In this document: positions 39,245 through 51,109 of the stretch, piece after piece
Position numbering within the stretch: the stretch's first letter is position 1
Layout of the letters: every line of letters begins with the position of its first letter
NCBI GenBank assembly: GCA_028534125.1
Contig: CM052816.1
Span: 31,684,001 to 31,748,000, forward strand
Length of the DNA: 64,000 bases
Reading direction: 5' to 3'
Origin: Lama glama
Taxonomy: Eukaryota
Translations under genes and position numbers: made by a program
Notes under the pieces: model-generated
Told to the model about the DNA's origin: nothing
The model's input: only the letters and a program-made list of their open reading frames with translations
Databases searched by the model: none

Positions 39245-39656
39245 GTAGTCCTGAAAAAAAAAAAAAAGAAAAGAAAAAAGCCAAACCGAAGGTTCTTATG
39301 TGGTCAGATAATTTTTGGCAATGCTAGATCAAACAGTATTTGTCAGATTTCTTTAATGCAGTGATTCTCAGTGCTAATGCGCTTTGTGAATCTCTAAGAA
39401 AGGGCTGTTGCTTGCTGAGTTGTCCATGGAACCATTTTTTGAAGAAGCTTTTCCCAAGACTTGTGTTCCACGGAACGTGCACTGGAAGATAATGATCTAT
39501 TCTGACCACCCTCCACACATACACACTCCCCCGCTACAGTAAATGATTTTCCTTGTCACATAGCTGAAGGAAAAACCACGGACCAGAGCCCACTTCTCTT
39601 GACTTTCAGGCAGGGCTCCTTACTTTACATCACAGCAAGTCAGTAAGAGATGAGTC

Positions 39657-40025
39657 TGTACAAATACAGCTCTCTAAAATGACCCTGAACTTCCATTAGT
39701 TTGCCCTATATATTTACCTTCCCACAATTTACCACTCTTAGAAGTTCAAACCCCTTTTCCTCTTTCTTATTACTTCTCCATAAATTTATTTGTTAAAATG
39801 GTGTACAAGCCCCAGAAACTAAGCACTTCTTTGGGAGATCTTCATTTCCTACCAAGAAGGCCTCCATGAACATAAACATTAAAACATCAAGACTAAAAAA
39901 AAAAAAAAAAAAAAAAAAATCAATATGCCTTTTCTTTTGTTAACCAGTCTTTTGTCAGTTTAATTAGCAGGCTTCATTTACTGAACATATGAGAGCAGAG
40001 GAAAATTTTTTCTTCCTTCCCTGCA
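39657..40025 (+). mobile_element. ERV1 LTR fragment, MER34-like, with an internal A25
   Basis: atatttaccttcccacaattt and ttgttaaccagtcttttgtcagtttaatt blocks; homologous to the LTRs at 59565 and 62296. Confidence 0.75.
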
Positions 40026-41280
40026 CCCTCCAACCACACCTGATTTTAAAAAACCACCTCTACCACCTCTGTGTGTGCTCAGATCATTAAATTAGATCAA
40101 CGTGTCAGATACGAGGAAAGAAAAGAGCAACACCAAAAAAAAAAAAAAGTGCCAAATTAAAAGGGAACACTATATAATAGCTATGGATACAAGATTTTAA
40201 GTTAAAGCATCATAAGACATGAGCTTCCACTTTTCAACAGATGTATTAATCACAGTACAATTTTATTGACAATATTCATCAGCATACCACAAACCGTCTT
40301 ACAAATTCATAGTTTAGCTAAATCTATTCAGAGGTCTTAATTACACAGAAAGCATCTTCACCTCCTGTGGCTTTACCAGGATGTCTTTAGGAAGTTCCAG
40401 ATTCAGAAGCCTTTTGCCAATGGTGACTGTGCACTTGATTTGCCACACATTTTCTTCCCTCAATAACTCGATCAATCAATAAGCAGAGATGTGTGTGTCT
40501 AATGAGGTTCAGGCACTTTTTCATTTTGGAACATAGCCAGTTTGATTTTTCCAAAGTAAAAAATCCTTTTACCTTTAAAACTTCTTACCTCGCTTACCCT
40601 TCCATGGATCAAAATCCAAAAGGCCCAGAAAGTCTGATCAACTTATTAAACCTGCTGGGAGAAGGAAAAGCCCTTTAGATGCAGCCTATCTGCACACCTG
40701 TTTCAACGTGGATCAGCAGCTTAGACTTCAGAAATCTACTGGGTTTTCAGGCCTTAGCTAGAGATGACTACACACGAGCAAACCCCAGCCCTGTAAATCA
40801 CCTCCTTCTTTGTTTTCGGTTCCACTCCTCCTAATAGTTTTACCAGCATGTGTCAACTAATAGTTACTCCATATATGTTAAAACAATTACTCTGCAAGCA
40901 TCCTTGCAATTTGACTTCTATGTTGAAGTTAGCCACTGTTATGACAACAGCCTCTCTTATATTTTTACCTACAACACCTCCCAGAAAAAGATCATGCCCT
41001 AAGTTGTTGAGGGAAGGAACATAGCAAGGCTAATGAGTGAGGATTCCTCACGACTAAAGATCTCTTGACCTAGTTTCTGCAGGACAAGGTGAGAGAATAT
41101 CAAGGCTGTCAGTTCCTAATGCACTTTTCAGTTCAGCTCAGTTTAACAAGCTTTTTTTCTAACATATTAAATGTACAGAGATTAAAAAAGACCCAAGGAC
41201 TTGCCCCCAAGGACTTGGAGTTAAGTGAGAACAAGAGAAATAGGAAAAGGCATTTTGAAGGCAGTGTGGGGAGTACTATC

Positions 41281-41484
41281 CAGAGGCAAATTTACTGTGA
41301 TGCTAATGAAACCTAAGCTCTTGTATCCACGGGCCCTGCTGAGAAAGAAGGTTCTTAGCAATATATTCCCTTGATCATAAGCTTCTGTCGATTACAAAAT
41401 TAAGATACTTGTGTACACTTTTCCTTCAAATGGAACCCCCAACTGGACAAAATCCAGGGCTTATACTATTAGAGGTCTGTCCTG
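41281..41484 (+). mobile_element. hAT-Tip100 MITE (Zaphod/MER115-like ends)
   Basis: cagaggcaaatttactgtgatgctaatgaa start and ggtctgtcctg end form degenerate TIRs. Confidence 0.55.
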
Positions 41485-43064
41485 ATGCCACCACTCTTAT
41501 TGTATTTATAGGGTTCAGTGGGTTTTGACTGGTAAGGACTTGGAAATTCACCTTCAAGCCTCATCCAAACTGACCACATCATAGAGACCTTGAAACACAA
41601 ATAATAAGACCACACCATTACGATGCTGCTGCTGTCAGCAAAGACCTCAACCACAAAAGGAAATTTTTTTCAGTGTGAATTCAAGATAATTCAATGAGAT
41701 AAACAATCAAAGCTCAATCACTCATCATTAAACCTGTTGTAAGGATTGGATGTCTCCTGAAAGCTCTGAACGTCACTAGCAAAGCAGCTCTTGTACAGAG
41801 AAGTGCACAAAATGCTAGCTTGCTGAAGTGGAAATTTTCATGTAAAGATGAGGCAAAGCAATTCATAGCACTAACTTGGATGTGATGGAATTTGGAATCA
41901 GCAAACCTTGGGAACTCCCCAAATCTACCTAAAGTATATTGACAGGATAGCTAGATGTATAGAGAGTTTAGATCTATTTACATACACACTGACGCACAGA
42001 GGTGTGAGTTTAATTATGTCAGCCCAAATTCAAAGTATATAGATGACGCTATCTCAAACAACTTGCTCTCTTCCCACATCTCACAGAACTTACAATAGAG
42101 AGCAAAAGACTCAAAACGTCATTCCGTCTTTACCACCATACTTAAATTCCTTACTTTGAAATATAGAGGCCCAGGAACAAAATTAGACATACTTCAGATG
42201 TTACGTAATGGTTCAACGAAAAGACAAGTAGCAATGGCTATCGTAGGTCATCTGTTAACACCTTCAGTTTCCAGTTTCCAAATATCATGGCCTTTTTCTC
42301 CAAGGCTACGGTCACGTCGCTTGTCTTGCTTTAGGGGGAGATTAAGGCTGCCACCTACTGCTCACAGGAAATGGGCCATTCTAAGAGTATTCTCTTCAGA
42401 AAGCAGAACTGTTTTCTGTCATCTCTGTTGCTTCTAAAACTGAGACCAATAGCTGTTATCTCTGTTACCGTCCCCACCATTCTATGTCCTTTTCTGTCAC
42501 TTTTTCCTATTTTCTTTTCCTTCCCCCTCTGTCTTCTTCAGAATTTCTCATATTTTTTCCAGTTTTAGGAAAACTCACTTGTAAAGCATCTGGCATTTTT
42601 TGATTCACCCAGAAAAATGCTAAGTAAGAATTTTAGACTGGTTTTCAAAGCTTTTGCCTTTTTGTTTTAGTCATCCAAAAAGTTTTGTGAATTCATTTTT
42701 TTGCTAGATGCCAGTGAGAGAGAGGGAAGACCCTTTCTTTGGACTCTCATTGTGTGGTTGCACTCAGCCTCCCATGGAGTCCTGTCTGCGCAGTGACACG
42801 ACTGTTGTGTGCTTGTCTAATACTAATGGTGCAGGCTGCAAGCTCTTCTAAAGCAAAGCTGCTGTCTGACAATCCTCCAAAGTCCTTCACATGCAGAGAG
42901 CTCATCACATCAAAGTGTGCTCAGAAATTATTTGGGAAAGAGGGGCTAATTTTTATGAGTTTCTTCTGGTAAAGAGTATTTATTCAATGGGACTATTCCC
43001 TTCCTTTTAGAAGACAATTACAGTCTCTCAGTTGTAATGTTCCAGTTTTGAAAAGAAATCACCT

Positions 43065-43265
43065 GGCTGGAAAATCAATTCTGGGCTCTGTTACTAACTA
43101 GCTATATGAATTTAGGCAACTTCACGGAAGATGCTTCCTCATGTGCAAAATGGAGATAGTGTTTCTACTTCATGGAAATACTGAAAAAAATGTAAGATGA
43201 TTTATACAAAGCATGGTCTCTTTCACCTAATAAGTATTCAAACAATGCTGCTATCACTATTACGA
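43065..43265 (+). mobile_element. MIR SINE
   Basis: aattctgggctctgttactaactagctatatgaatttaggcaac...cttcctcatgtgcaaaatggagata. Confidence 0.7.
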
Positions 43266-43679
43266 TAAAAATGCAAAACAAGGTGTCTGGTACAAAGTAG
43301 GTTTCCTCACTGATGGTACTTAGCATGGTACTAGCTGTATCTACTGCCAGGCATGTACAGGCCTCTGACGAATGATGCATGATGAAGTCTGGTTTAAAGG
43401 TTTAGCTCTTTTCTATCATGGTGCTTTTACACAGTTTCCAGAAGATGGGCTTTATTAAAAATTTGCAGGTTTAAAGAACATTTCCAGGAGGTGGAACATT
43501 CTATAGAAAGGAAATATTGCATGTAATTTAGACCCGATTTTTCTCTCTTTTCCGATGAAGATTCAATAGAGGATTCTACAGTAAAGTTAAGTGAGTATTG
43601 ACAGAGGAGCAAAACGAATTAAGAGTGTTATTAGGCCATTAAGTGAGAGTATCACTCACTCCAGCCTTTTAGAGCGGTG

Positions 43680-43895
43680 GCATGAAGCAGGTACTGAGAC
43701 CAAGGTCCAGGTCCTAATTCTATCACTCTTCAGTTCTGTGACCCAGCACAACTTACATGAACCACTCCAAGTCAAGTTTTCACATCTCTTAAATAGGGAC
43801 AGTGATTGTACACATGTACACATACACATCCTACAGTGTTTTGTGATGATTAGATAAAACAATGTATGTAAAACACAGGTGCTCAGTAAATATCA
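43680..43895 (+). mobile_element. MIR SINE
   Basis: ctgtgacccagcacaacttac...ttttcacatctcttaaatagggac...ggtgctcagtaaat. Confidence 0.6.
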
Positions 43896-45269
43896 AGATT
43901 CCCTTTGGTCAGGGCAGCAGAGCACAGAGATTTATGACTGAACAGATGTTTTGGTCAAGAATAGACTGCATACCCATTCATGTTTCCAATATTTAATCAA
44001 ATACTACAAAGACAGACATTATGAACAAATGTAGCCAAGAAATTTTGAAATGAGATATATAGCAGTAAAGATTTTTCCAACCCATTATTACAGAATTATA
44101 CAAATAGTAAAAGAAAAAATTCCTGTCTTAGTTCTTAATTCTTCCATTCTCACACTATCTAAATTTGGAAATTACATTAATTTTCCTTGCATTGACTGTC
44201 TCACTAATGAGTTTACCAACTGATGTACTATGTTGACTGTAAATATTTCATCTTATTCACTAACTAGGTTTATTACCTGAATTTATCATGTGTTTATTTA
44301 CTGATTTCATTTATTCACTGCCTATTATGTATTTGGAAAAGAGACTAAGATATAAATAAATCAGACTTCAAGTCTCATGAGGGCAAAAACAAATATGATA
44401 AAGTTGACAGAATATGGACACATACGAGGCAAAGAAAAAACTCTTTTCTAATCAGCTGGTTTGAATAAATCATATATTGAATGTGTACCCTTCCCAATAT
44501 TGCAACATACACAGAGGAACTGAATTATGCCATAAACTGTTATTTATATGCTGTAAATTTCTCTTATTCCTGGGAAACAATTCTTTGCAAAGATAGTCTG
44601 ATTATAAGTCATTTTTATTTAGTTTGTGTGTGTGTTTCAATGTTTGATAAGGGAACACAGAAAATATCCTTGACCTCAGATGGCTTTAGCATGTGATTAA
44701 TTAACTTGCTAGTGAATGAACTAGAGAAAAAACATATATTCACCTTTTCTGCCATGTTTCCACTTTCTGAGGCTAAAGCGAAGCAAATAGCTTGAATACC
44801 CGAGGGTTATTTTGGGGTTTCTATCCTAGACTCACAGACTGGCTTCTGAAATTTAAAAAAAAATGTAAAGTTATCTTTTAGTTTCTCAGAAAATAAAAAT
44901 TACGAGGAAAGAGAAACAAATACAAACGAAGTCAGAGATACGTTTCAGTATGCACAGACCAGAAAACATTGTAAGGTTAAATATAAAAGAAGAGAAACCT
45001 GAACTAATAAAGGACAAATAAAATAAGAAATAAAATGTTTGACATGAATTTTCTTATGTTTTGTTAGTTCCAATAATTATAGGTTGGCGGAAAGAGAGAA
45101 AATCTTCTATGTGACGGTGGGAGTCACCATGGGGGGATGAGAAGGGCCATGGAGTAAGGGTCAGAGGCCTGGGTGCAAGTCCCAGCTGTGTCCCTGGTGG
45201 CTGTGTGAGCTTTCACAAGACCTTCATGGGGCTCAGATTCCTATTCTATAAAATTTGGGACAAAGAATG

Positions 45270-45953
45270 TGAAACCAAGCAGGACCCTGTGGGGCCCTCC
45301 CAGATACAAAAGCCACCCTGTGTCCTCTGTCTCTTGTTTGTAGGAAAGCTCTAGTCTCCCAGGCCTCCCATGAGTCACAAAAGAGTGGGTTTAAGCAGTT
45401 AGTGATGAGGACAACAGAGTGACAGAATCTTTAGTTCCTCCCTGAAGGACATAGATAACAGTGTCTGATGCACATTTCCCAGTTGTTTTGCAGATACAAA
45501 AACTAACACCAGAGGGAGAGAGCTAACTGCATGATGAGGAGACTGTAGCCATGACATAAGCTGCTACATCTTGCATAATTTCAAGAACTGGCCTCAAGGA
45601 AATTGAAACAAACTGACCCTGGAATGGAAGATTAACTGTACTTCAAACAATCAATATGACACCGACCAGGCTGCGCACGAACCGTTTCAAGAGGACTTGT
45701 CAGGGCTGATTATGCTGTTCTGCACTAGTCCCCGCCTACACACCTCTGAAACTTCCAAAATTTCCCCTATAAAACACTTTTTTCTCTGCTAACAGGGAGA
45801 TGATTTGGGGGAATGCTAGTCCACCATCTCCACAGGTCACCGGCCTCCTGAAAAAAAAATCTTTCCTTTCCCACCAACCCTTGTCCCTCAAACATTGACT
45901 TTTGAGCAATAAGCAGCCAAACCTGAGTTCAGTTTCAACTCTTGCTGGTAACA
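45270..45953 (+). mobile_element. Full-length ERV1 solo LTR (MER41-like, artiodactyl type) inserted in a MIR
   Basis: TG...CA termini (tgaaacc ... ggtaaca), 4-bp TSD aatg at 45266-45269 and 45954-45957; gctagtccaccatctcc and gcagccaaacctgagttc blocks. Confidence 0.85.
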
Positions 45954-47144
45954 AATGCTTAAATAATCTTAGGGATGACTTCTGTTTTTTTTTTTCTATA
46001 AGTATACGTATGTGTCTGCATCTATAAATCCATATTTTATGCTCCAGCTGGGAGATGGAACCAAGCTAAAAGGCGGTTAGAACAGATGGAACTGGGTGGG
46101 GCTGCCCAGGGCTGGCGTGTGTGTGGGCAGGGGGCTGGGGGTGCAGACTGGTGCCCAGGGACGTCTCTGCGTATAATAAGGTGGTGGCACAACGTAGAAG
46201 AGTATGCAGCCCACAGCTATTGCTGTAATACAAAGGTGAAAAGTCCCAAAAAGACAGTCAAAGGCCACAGAAAATGCAGACATACAGACATGGGAGTTAA
46301 GGTGGGGAAAGAGAGAGTTCAAAGGTGAGGATGATGCAGCCAAAGGAAGTCAATACTGAGGGTAGTTAGGTGAGGGACAAATACAGTACAGAGACCCAGG
46401 AAGGACTCTGCCTAGTCCAGTGGTTTAACCATAAATATCTACTTTAGAAAGAGAAAATAATTATGCAAACAAAAAGCAGCAGAAGCATCAATGTCATCAA
46501 TCCATTTTCTCAGTCCTTTCCACCCTCTTTGGTGGCTCTCAGAAACAGGAGGGAAGATTAGCGACATCAGCAGGCTGTCGGCATTGCCACAATTGCAATG
46601 CAAGTGTTCCCCATCTCCCCATCTTAGAACCAGTTCTTACAAAATTAGACAGCAGAGAGGTAGAGAAAACAAAGCCAGCATCACCCTAAGACCCAGGCAA
46701 GAGGGACCCATGCTCTGGCCAAGCTCATCTCCTCACGGCTAAGAGGCCATGGACCAAGACGGGTGCCCAGGCCCTGAGACTTGCTTCAAGACTTTGTTCC
46801 TAGATCCAGAAATCTTTCTCCCTAAGCCTGCTGCCAGGGACTGTACAGACAACTTCCTTAGATCTGTCCATCTAAGGAGCAACCATGCCTCCAAAAGGCC
46901 TATCCCTACGCACAAGCATCAACCCAAAAGTACCCCTGTCAGGGTTTTCAGGATAGAGCTTAGATATACAGGCTGGATGTCCATCCATGTGTATGAGAAG
47001 ACCTCCAAAGTGAGAGCTGGGGATGAGACAACATGGCGCATGCGTGATGGGCTGGGCAGTGGAGTTGGGGCAGTGGATTAGGGCCTCATGATGCCACATT
47101 CTGGCATGGAACTCCTAAGAATGTGAGAATTCCAACACTGAATT

Positions 47145-47208
47145 TGTCTGCCAGGATCTTTCAGTTGCAGGTGAAGGAAAATCCAAATCAAATTGGCTTG
47201 GAAAAAAT

Positions 47209-47243
<35 letters not shown>

Positions 47244-47760
47244 GGAGGGAGGGAGAGAGAGAGAGAGAGAGAGAGTGTGTGTGTGTGTGTGTGTCTGCAC
47301 GTGAGAGCGTGGAAAAAAAGGAAGGTACCTTCTTGCCTCCTGTAACTAAAACATGCGGGAGCCAGTGGCTCCAGGCACAGCTTGCTCTATTACCAGGACC
47401 TGGTGCCCCCCACTCCTTGGCTCAGCTCTCCTCCATGGAGGACTCACTGCCAGCCTCTAACTTGGGGCAGGATGCTGCTAGCAGCTTCAACCCTATATCC
47501 CCCCAGCTTCAAGTCCATGGTCAAAAGGAAATTTCTCTATTAACACTGAAAGCAAGCATCCTGAACCTATCCTTGAGCCAATCAATGAGGCCAGAGAGAT
47601 ATAACATGCTAATCAGCCATGTCTGACCCTGTGTTCACCCCCAGAGCCAGGGAGAATGAAAGTCAACTCCACGCAAACCACCTGGGTTGAGCTTTGGAGA
47701 AAGATAGGTCCCCAAAGGGAACTTCAGGTGCTTTTTACCAAAAACCGAAAGAAATATCCC
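47145..47760 (-). mobile_element. Old MaLR LTR (MLT1J/K-like) containing a compound microsatellite
   Basis: ggatctttcagttgcagg...aaatccaaatcaaattggctt and atccttgagccaatca blocks. Confidence 0.7.
47209..47294. repeat. Compound (GA)n(GT)n microsatellite
   Basis: Directly visible. Confidence 0.98.
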
Positions 47761-49559
47761 AAATAGACTATGATTGCTAAGGTTACTTCTGGTTCCAAAT
47801 TTGTTTGACTCCATAAGAGATTCTTTAAAAAACAGTTATAAAGAAAAGTTAAATATTTTATTCAGTTCTCCCAATCTTGTTGAAATTAATTTGGATTCTT
47901 AATAATGGGAAAATATTTCAAAATAATGTCTTGTGAATGAGGAGTAGAGATAAGGTATGAAATAATGGGTACCAACAGTCTGACCCCAGGGCAAACTTCA
48001 TAACAAATGTATTTATGCCTCTAGGATAAATAAATCAGACAAAATTCTTAGACAGACAGCACTAGTATGATACTAGCATGATACATAACAAAGATATAAG
48101 GGAACATCCCCCCTTACAATTGTGGAGACAACTGCAGCAAAGCAAAAATGACATGAAACTCTCCAGCAGAAAAACTGCCAAAGGCAATCAGGTACTGACT
48201 ATTGAGAAGACAAATAGGATAATTAAAAGGATTCAGTCTGGTAAGAGAGAGACCGATAATTTAAAGGAAAACATTTAGAACCCAAAAGTGGTCCATGGGA
48301 TTTATTTGTTTGTTTTGTGTGTGTGTGTGTGTTTGGATGCTGTACAAATATCAAAAAATGTTTGCTCCAAGAGAATCTGATGAAATAATAATTTACCATC
48401 TGCAGACTATATCTCTGCTGGACACTGATCCACAGGGACTCCAAGGCTCAGGGACACCAAAGGGCTACAGACTGGGTCTTGGGGTGTGGTCAATGTCCTT
48501 TCCAGAAGGCACGGCTGTATATGTAGTCAGAGAAATGCTGGGACTCTGGCTTCTCTGACAGACATTGACTGTCCATTTTGATTATGGTCCACAGTGATCA
48601 TGCAGCCTCCTTTCACTGATGATGGCCAGATACCATTTTCTCAAATGACTCATTAAGCTGTTGACAGATACCCTGTCAGCCACCACAAGTGCAAGAAAGT
48701 GGGGAAGAAGTGGAAGGGTGAAACTAACAGGCAGCGCTTTTAAATGAATCAGTATCATTCTCTCCATAGGTCTCCAGGAATATCTGAACAGGTCCCGATA
48801 TTACACATGTCTTGCAGACAATGCCCTTGGTCACGTATGCACACTGTGCTGTAACAGAGCGCTGGCTTGAGAGGAGAAGGCCAGGAAACAGAGGCCTGGA
48901 GTCCTGTGTTAGGCTCTGCCACCAACTCCTAGAAACACCCAGAAGAAGTAACCTCCAGGACCTGGCTCCCCATTTTATCTAGAGATGGTGGACATTAAGC
49001 CACTGTGAACTTAAGATTTTATCTTTTAAAAAATGAGTTGAAGCTTGTTTGGGTCCCACAACGCTTTGTTCACTTATTATTCAGAATGGAAAGGCAAAAA
49101 CCCACACGAGTTATCACTCAGGTTGAAGTGGGCTGACAGCAGAGAACCCACCCCATCCGCCTCCCCACTCACTCACGCCTCAGCAGCTCCTGAGGGGGCT
49201 CTGAAGAGGTAAAGATTTAGAACTGTTTGGAAATCACTCTTTTACAGATGAGAGCCCTGAAGCTGAGAAGGAGTAATTAACTCACTTGCAGCTAGTTAAT
49301 GGAAAGCTGTGATGAAAACCTGGGGCTCTTGACCTCTGGTCTAATGTTCACTGTTAGACAGACACTAGGTGATGCCTTTAATGAAGACTGGCGGAGTCCA
49401 GAAGGCACAATGCAGCTCTTTAAACTGAGCCTGGGAATTTAGTCCCCACAATATGTTTTCTAGCTCTCCTCAAAACCCTCCCGCTATAGTTAGAATTGCC
49501 AGGTAGAATCTAATAAATATTGTTTTAAATGGAAAGTTGAGCTCATAAGAAAAAGTGAG

Positions 49560-49971
49560 TGTATTCTTTTACTAGGGCTCCCACAACAAGGTGGGAGCAA
49601 TTTCTTTTCTTTCATGGAAATTCACCTTCTCAGGATTCTGATAGCAAAAAGCCCAAGATCAAGGAGTCTGTAGGGTTGGTTTCTTCTGAGGCCTCTCTCC
49701 TTGGCTTAAATATGGCCGCCTGTTCACCATGTCCTCACATGCTCCTTTCTCTGTGTCTGTGTCCAAATTTCCTCTTCTTAAAAGGACACTAGCTCGATTG
49801 GATTAGGGCCAAGACTAATGACCTTATTTTACCTTAATTACCTCATTAAAGGCCCCATCTCCAAAGACAATCACATTCTGAAGATTAGAGGACTAGGATT
49901 TCAACACATGACTTTGGGATGTGAGGGTGGGAGGTGGGGTAAAGCAGGAGACAAAATTCAACACATAACAC
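49560..49971 (-). mobile_element. MaLR LTR, MLT1B-like
   Basis: ccaagatcaagg...gggttggtttcttctgaggcctctctccttggctt...aatttcctcttcttaaaaggacac...aattcaacacataaca. Confidence 0.88.
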
Positions 49972-50433
49972 TAATTTTCTAGTTTCTCAAACTAAAGAGA
50001 GATTGAAACTGTAATTGTTAGTGTGTTTGAGCCATTGGGGAGGATGCCCTCAGTGGGCTGGAGGGGCAACTGTCTCAGCAACAAAGCACTTTGGCCCTCA
50101 TTGGAGGCAAGAGATGAGGTCTTGAGCCTGAGCAAGGACAAGTGTTAGAACCAAGGTTCTCAAAGGCCTGCACCCTCAGTGAGAACATGGGCTTGAAATA
50201 ATCTACTCACTATGACATGATAATGACCAGAAAGTCTACCTCAACCTGGATTTTACTGGGATGAGGTAAGAGAAGGCTCCAGAAGAACCTGTAGCCTCAG
50301 ACCAGCTTGGAGTTAAATTTGATGATGTCAGTATGACCCAAGAAGCTTTGAGCTTAGAAATTAATAATAATAATAATAATAATAATTTTTGAAGACTGTT
50401 CAAATAATGATATTCTTAAATTGTCAACTTCTA

Positions 50434-50930
50434 CTCTACAACACATTACATAAGACTGTTCCTTAAATTTTGGTATTTCTTGCTTGTAAAAGTATCTGGT
50501 CCTAGCAGATATGTGTGTGTGTGTGTTGGGTAAATTTTTAACTACAGTTTCAATTTCATTAATGGTTATATATGTATTAGATGTCCCATTCATTCCTGAG
50601 TCAAAATTAATACTTTCAATAATTTTTATTTTCTAAATAAAACATCCATTTAGTCTGAATTTTCAGATTTGATTGGAATACCAGTTTATATTCGATTGCA
50701 ATTTTTATCCCTGAATTGTAGCATTCATTTTTATGTCCCCCTTTCCATTCTTAATGTTCATATTTCCCCTCATTTTTCTGGTTAGTCTTCTAGAATTTTT
50801 TTTAATCAACATTTCTCAAGAATTAGCTCTTGGCTCTTCTGGTGTTCCCTATTTTCTCTTTTTTATTTGGTCAATTTTGGCTTTCAATTTTACTATTTCC
50901 TTCCTTCCACTTATTTTTGATTTACTGTGC
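50434..50930 (-). mobile_element. Ancient L1 ORF2 fragment (inverted part of the element continuing at 51110)
   Basis: Antisense ITINEIETVVKNLP...FKEQ, the L1 ORF2 region upstream of RT. Confidence 0.75.
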
Positions 50931-50949
50931 TTTTTTTTTTTTTTTTACA

Positions 50950-51109
50950 TACAGACTATTCAATCTCTGATGCAACTCTGTGCTGTAGCACAAAGGCAGC
51001 TGTAGACAATACACAGACAAATAGGCAAAATTGTATTTCAACAAAATTGCACTTACAAAACAGGCAATGAAGCAAATTCAGCAAGCAGGCCATAGGTTGC
51101 CAACTCCTA
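50950..51109 (+). mobile_element. MER58A hAT MITE lacking its 5' part
   Basis: caactctgtgctgtagcacaaaggcagctgtagacaatac...acaaaacaggc...ggccataggttgccaactccta. Confidence 0.85.

Larger units (their letters stand above)
37955..39500. mobile_element. hAT-Charlie MITE (MER112/MER113-like), split by the L1 insertion at 38025-39286
   Basis: ggttcttatgtggtcagataatttttggcaatgct, gctaatgcgctttgtgaatctc and gtgttccacggaac blocks; the left part rejoins across the TSD. Confidence 0.55.

Noticed and set aside
47123..47626. 167-aa ORF with an RE repeat
   Set aside because: Reads through a (GA)n(GT)n microsatellite inside an MLT1 LTR.
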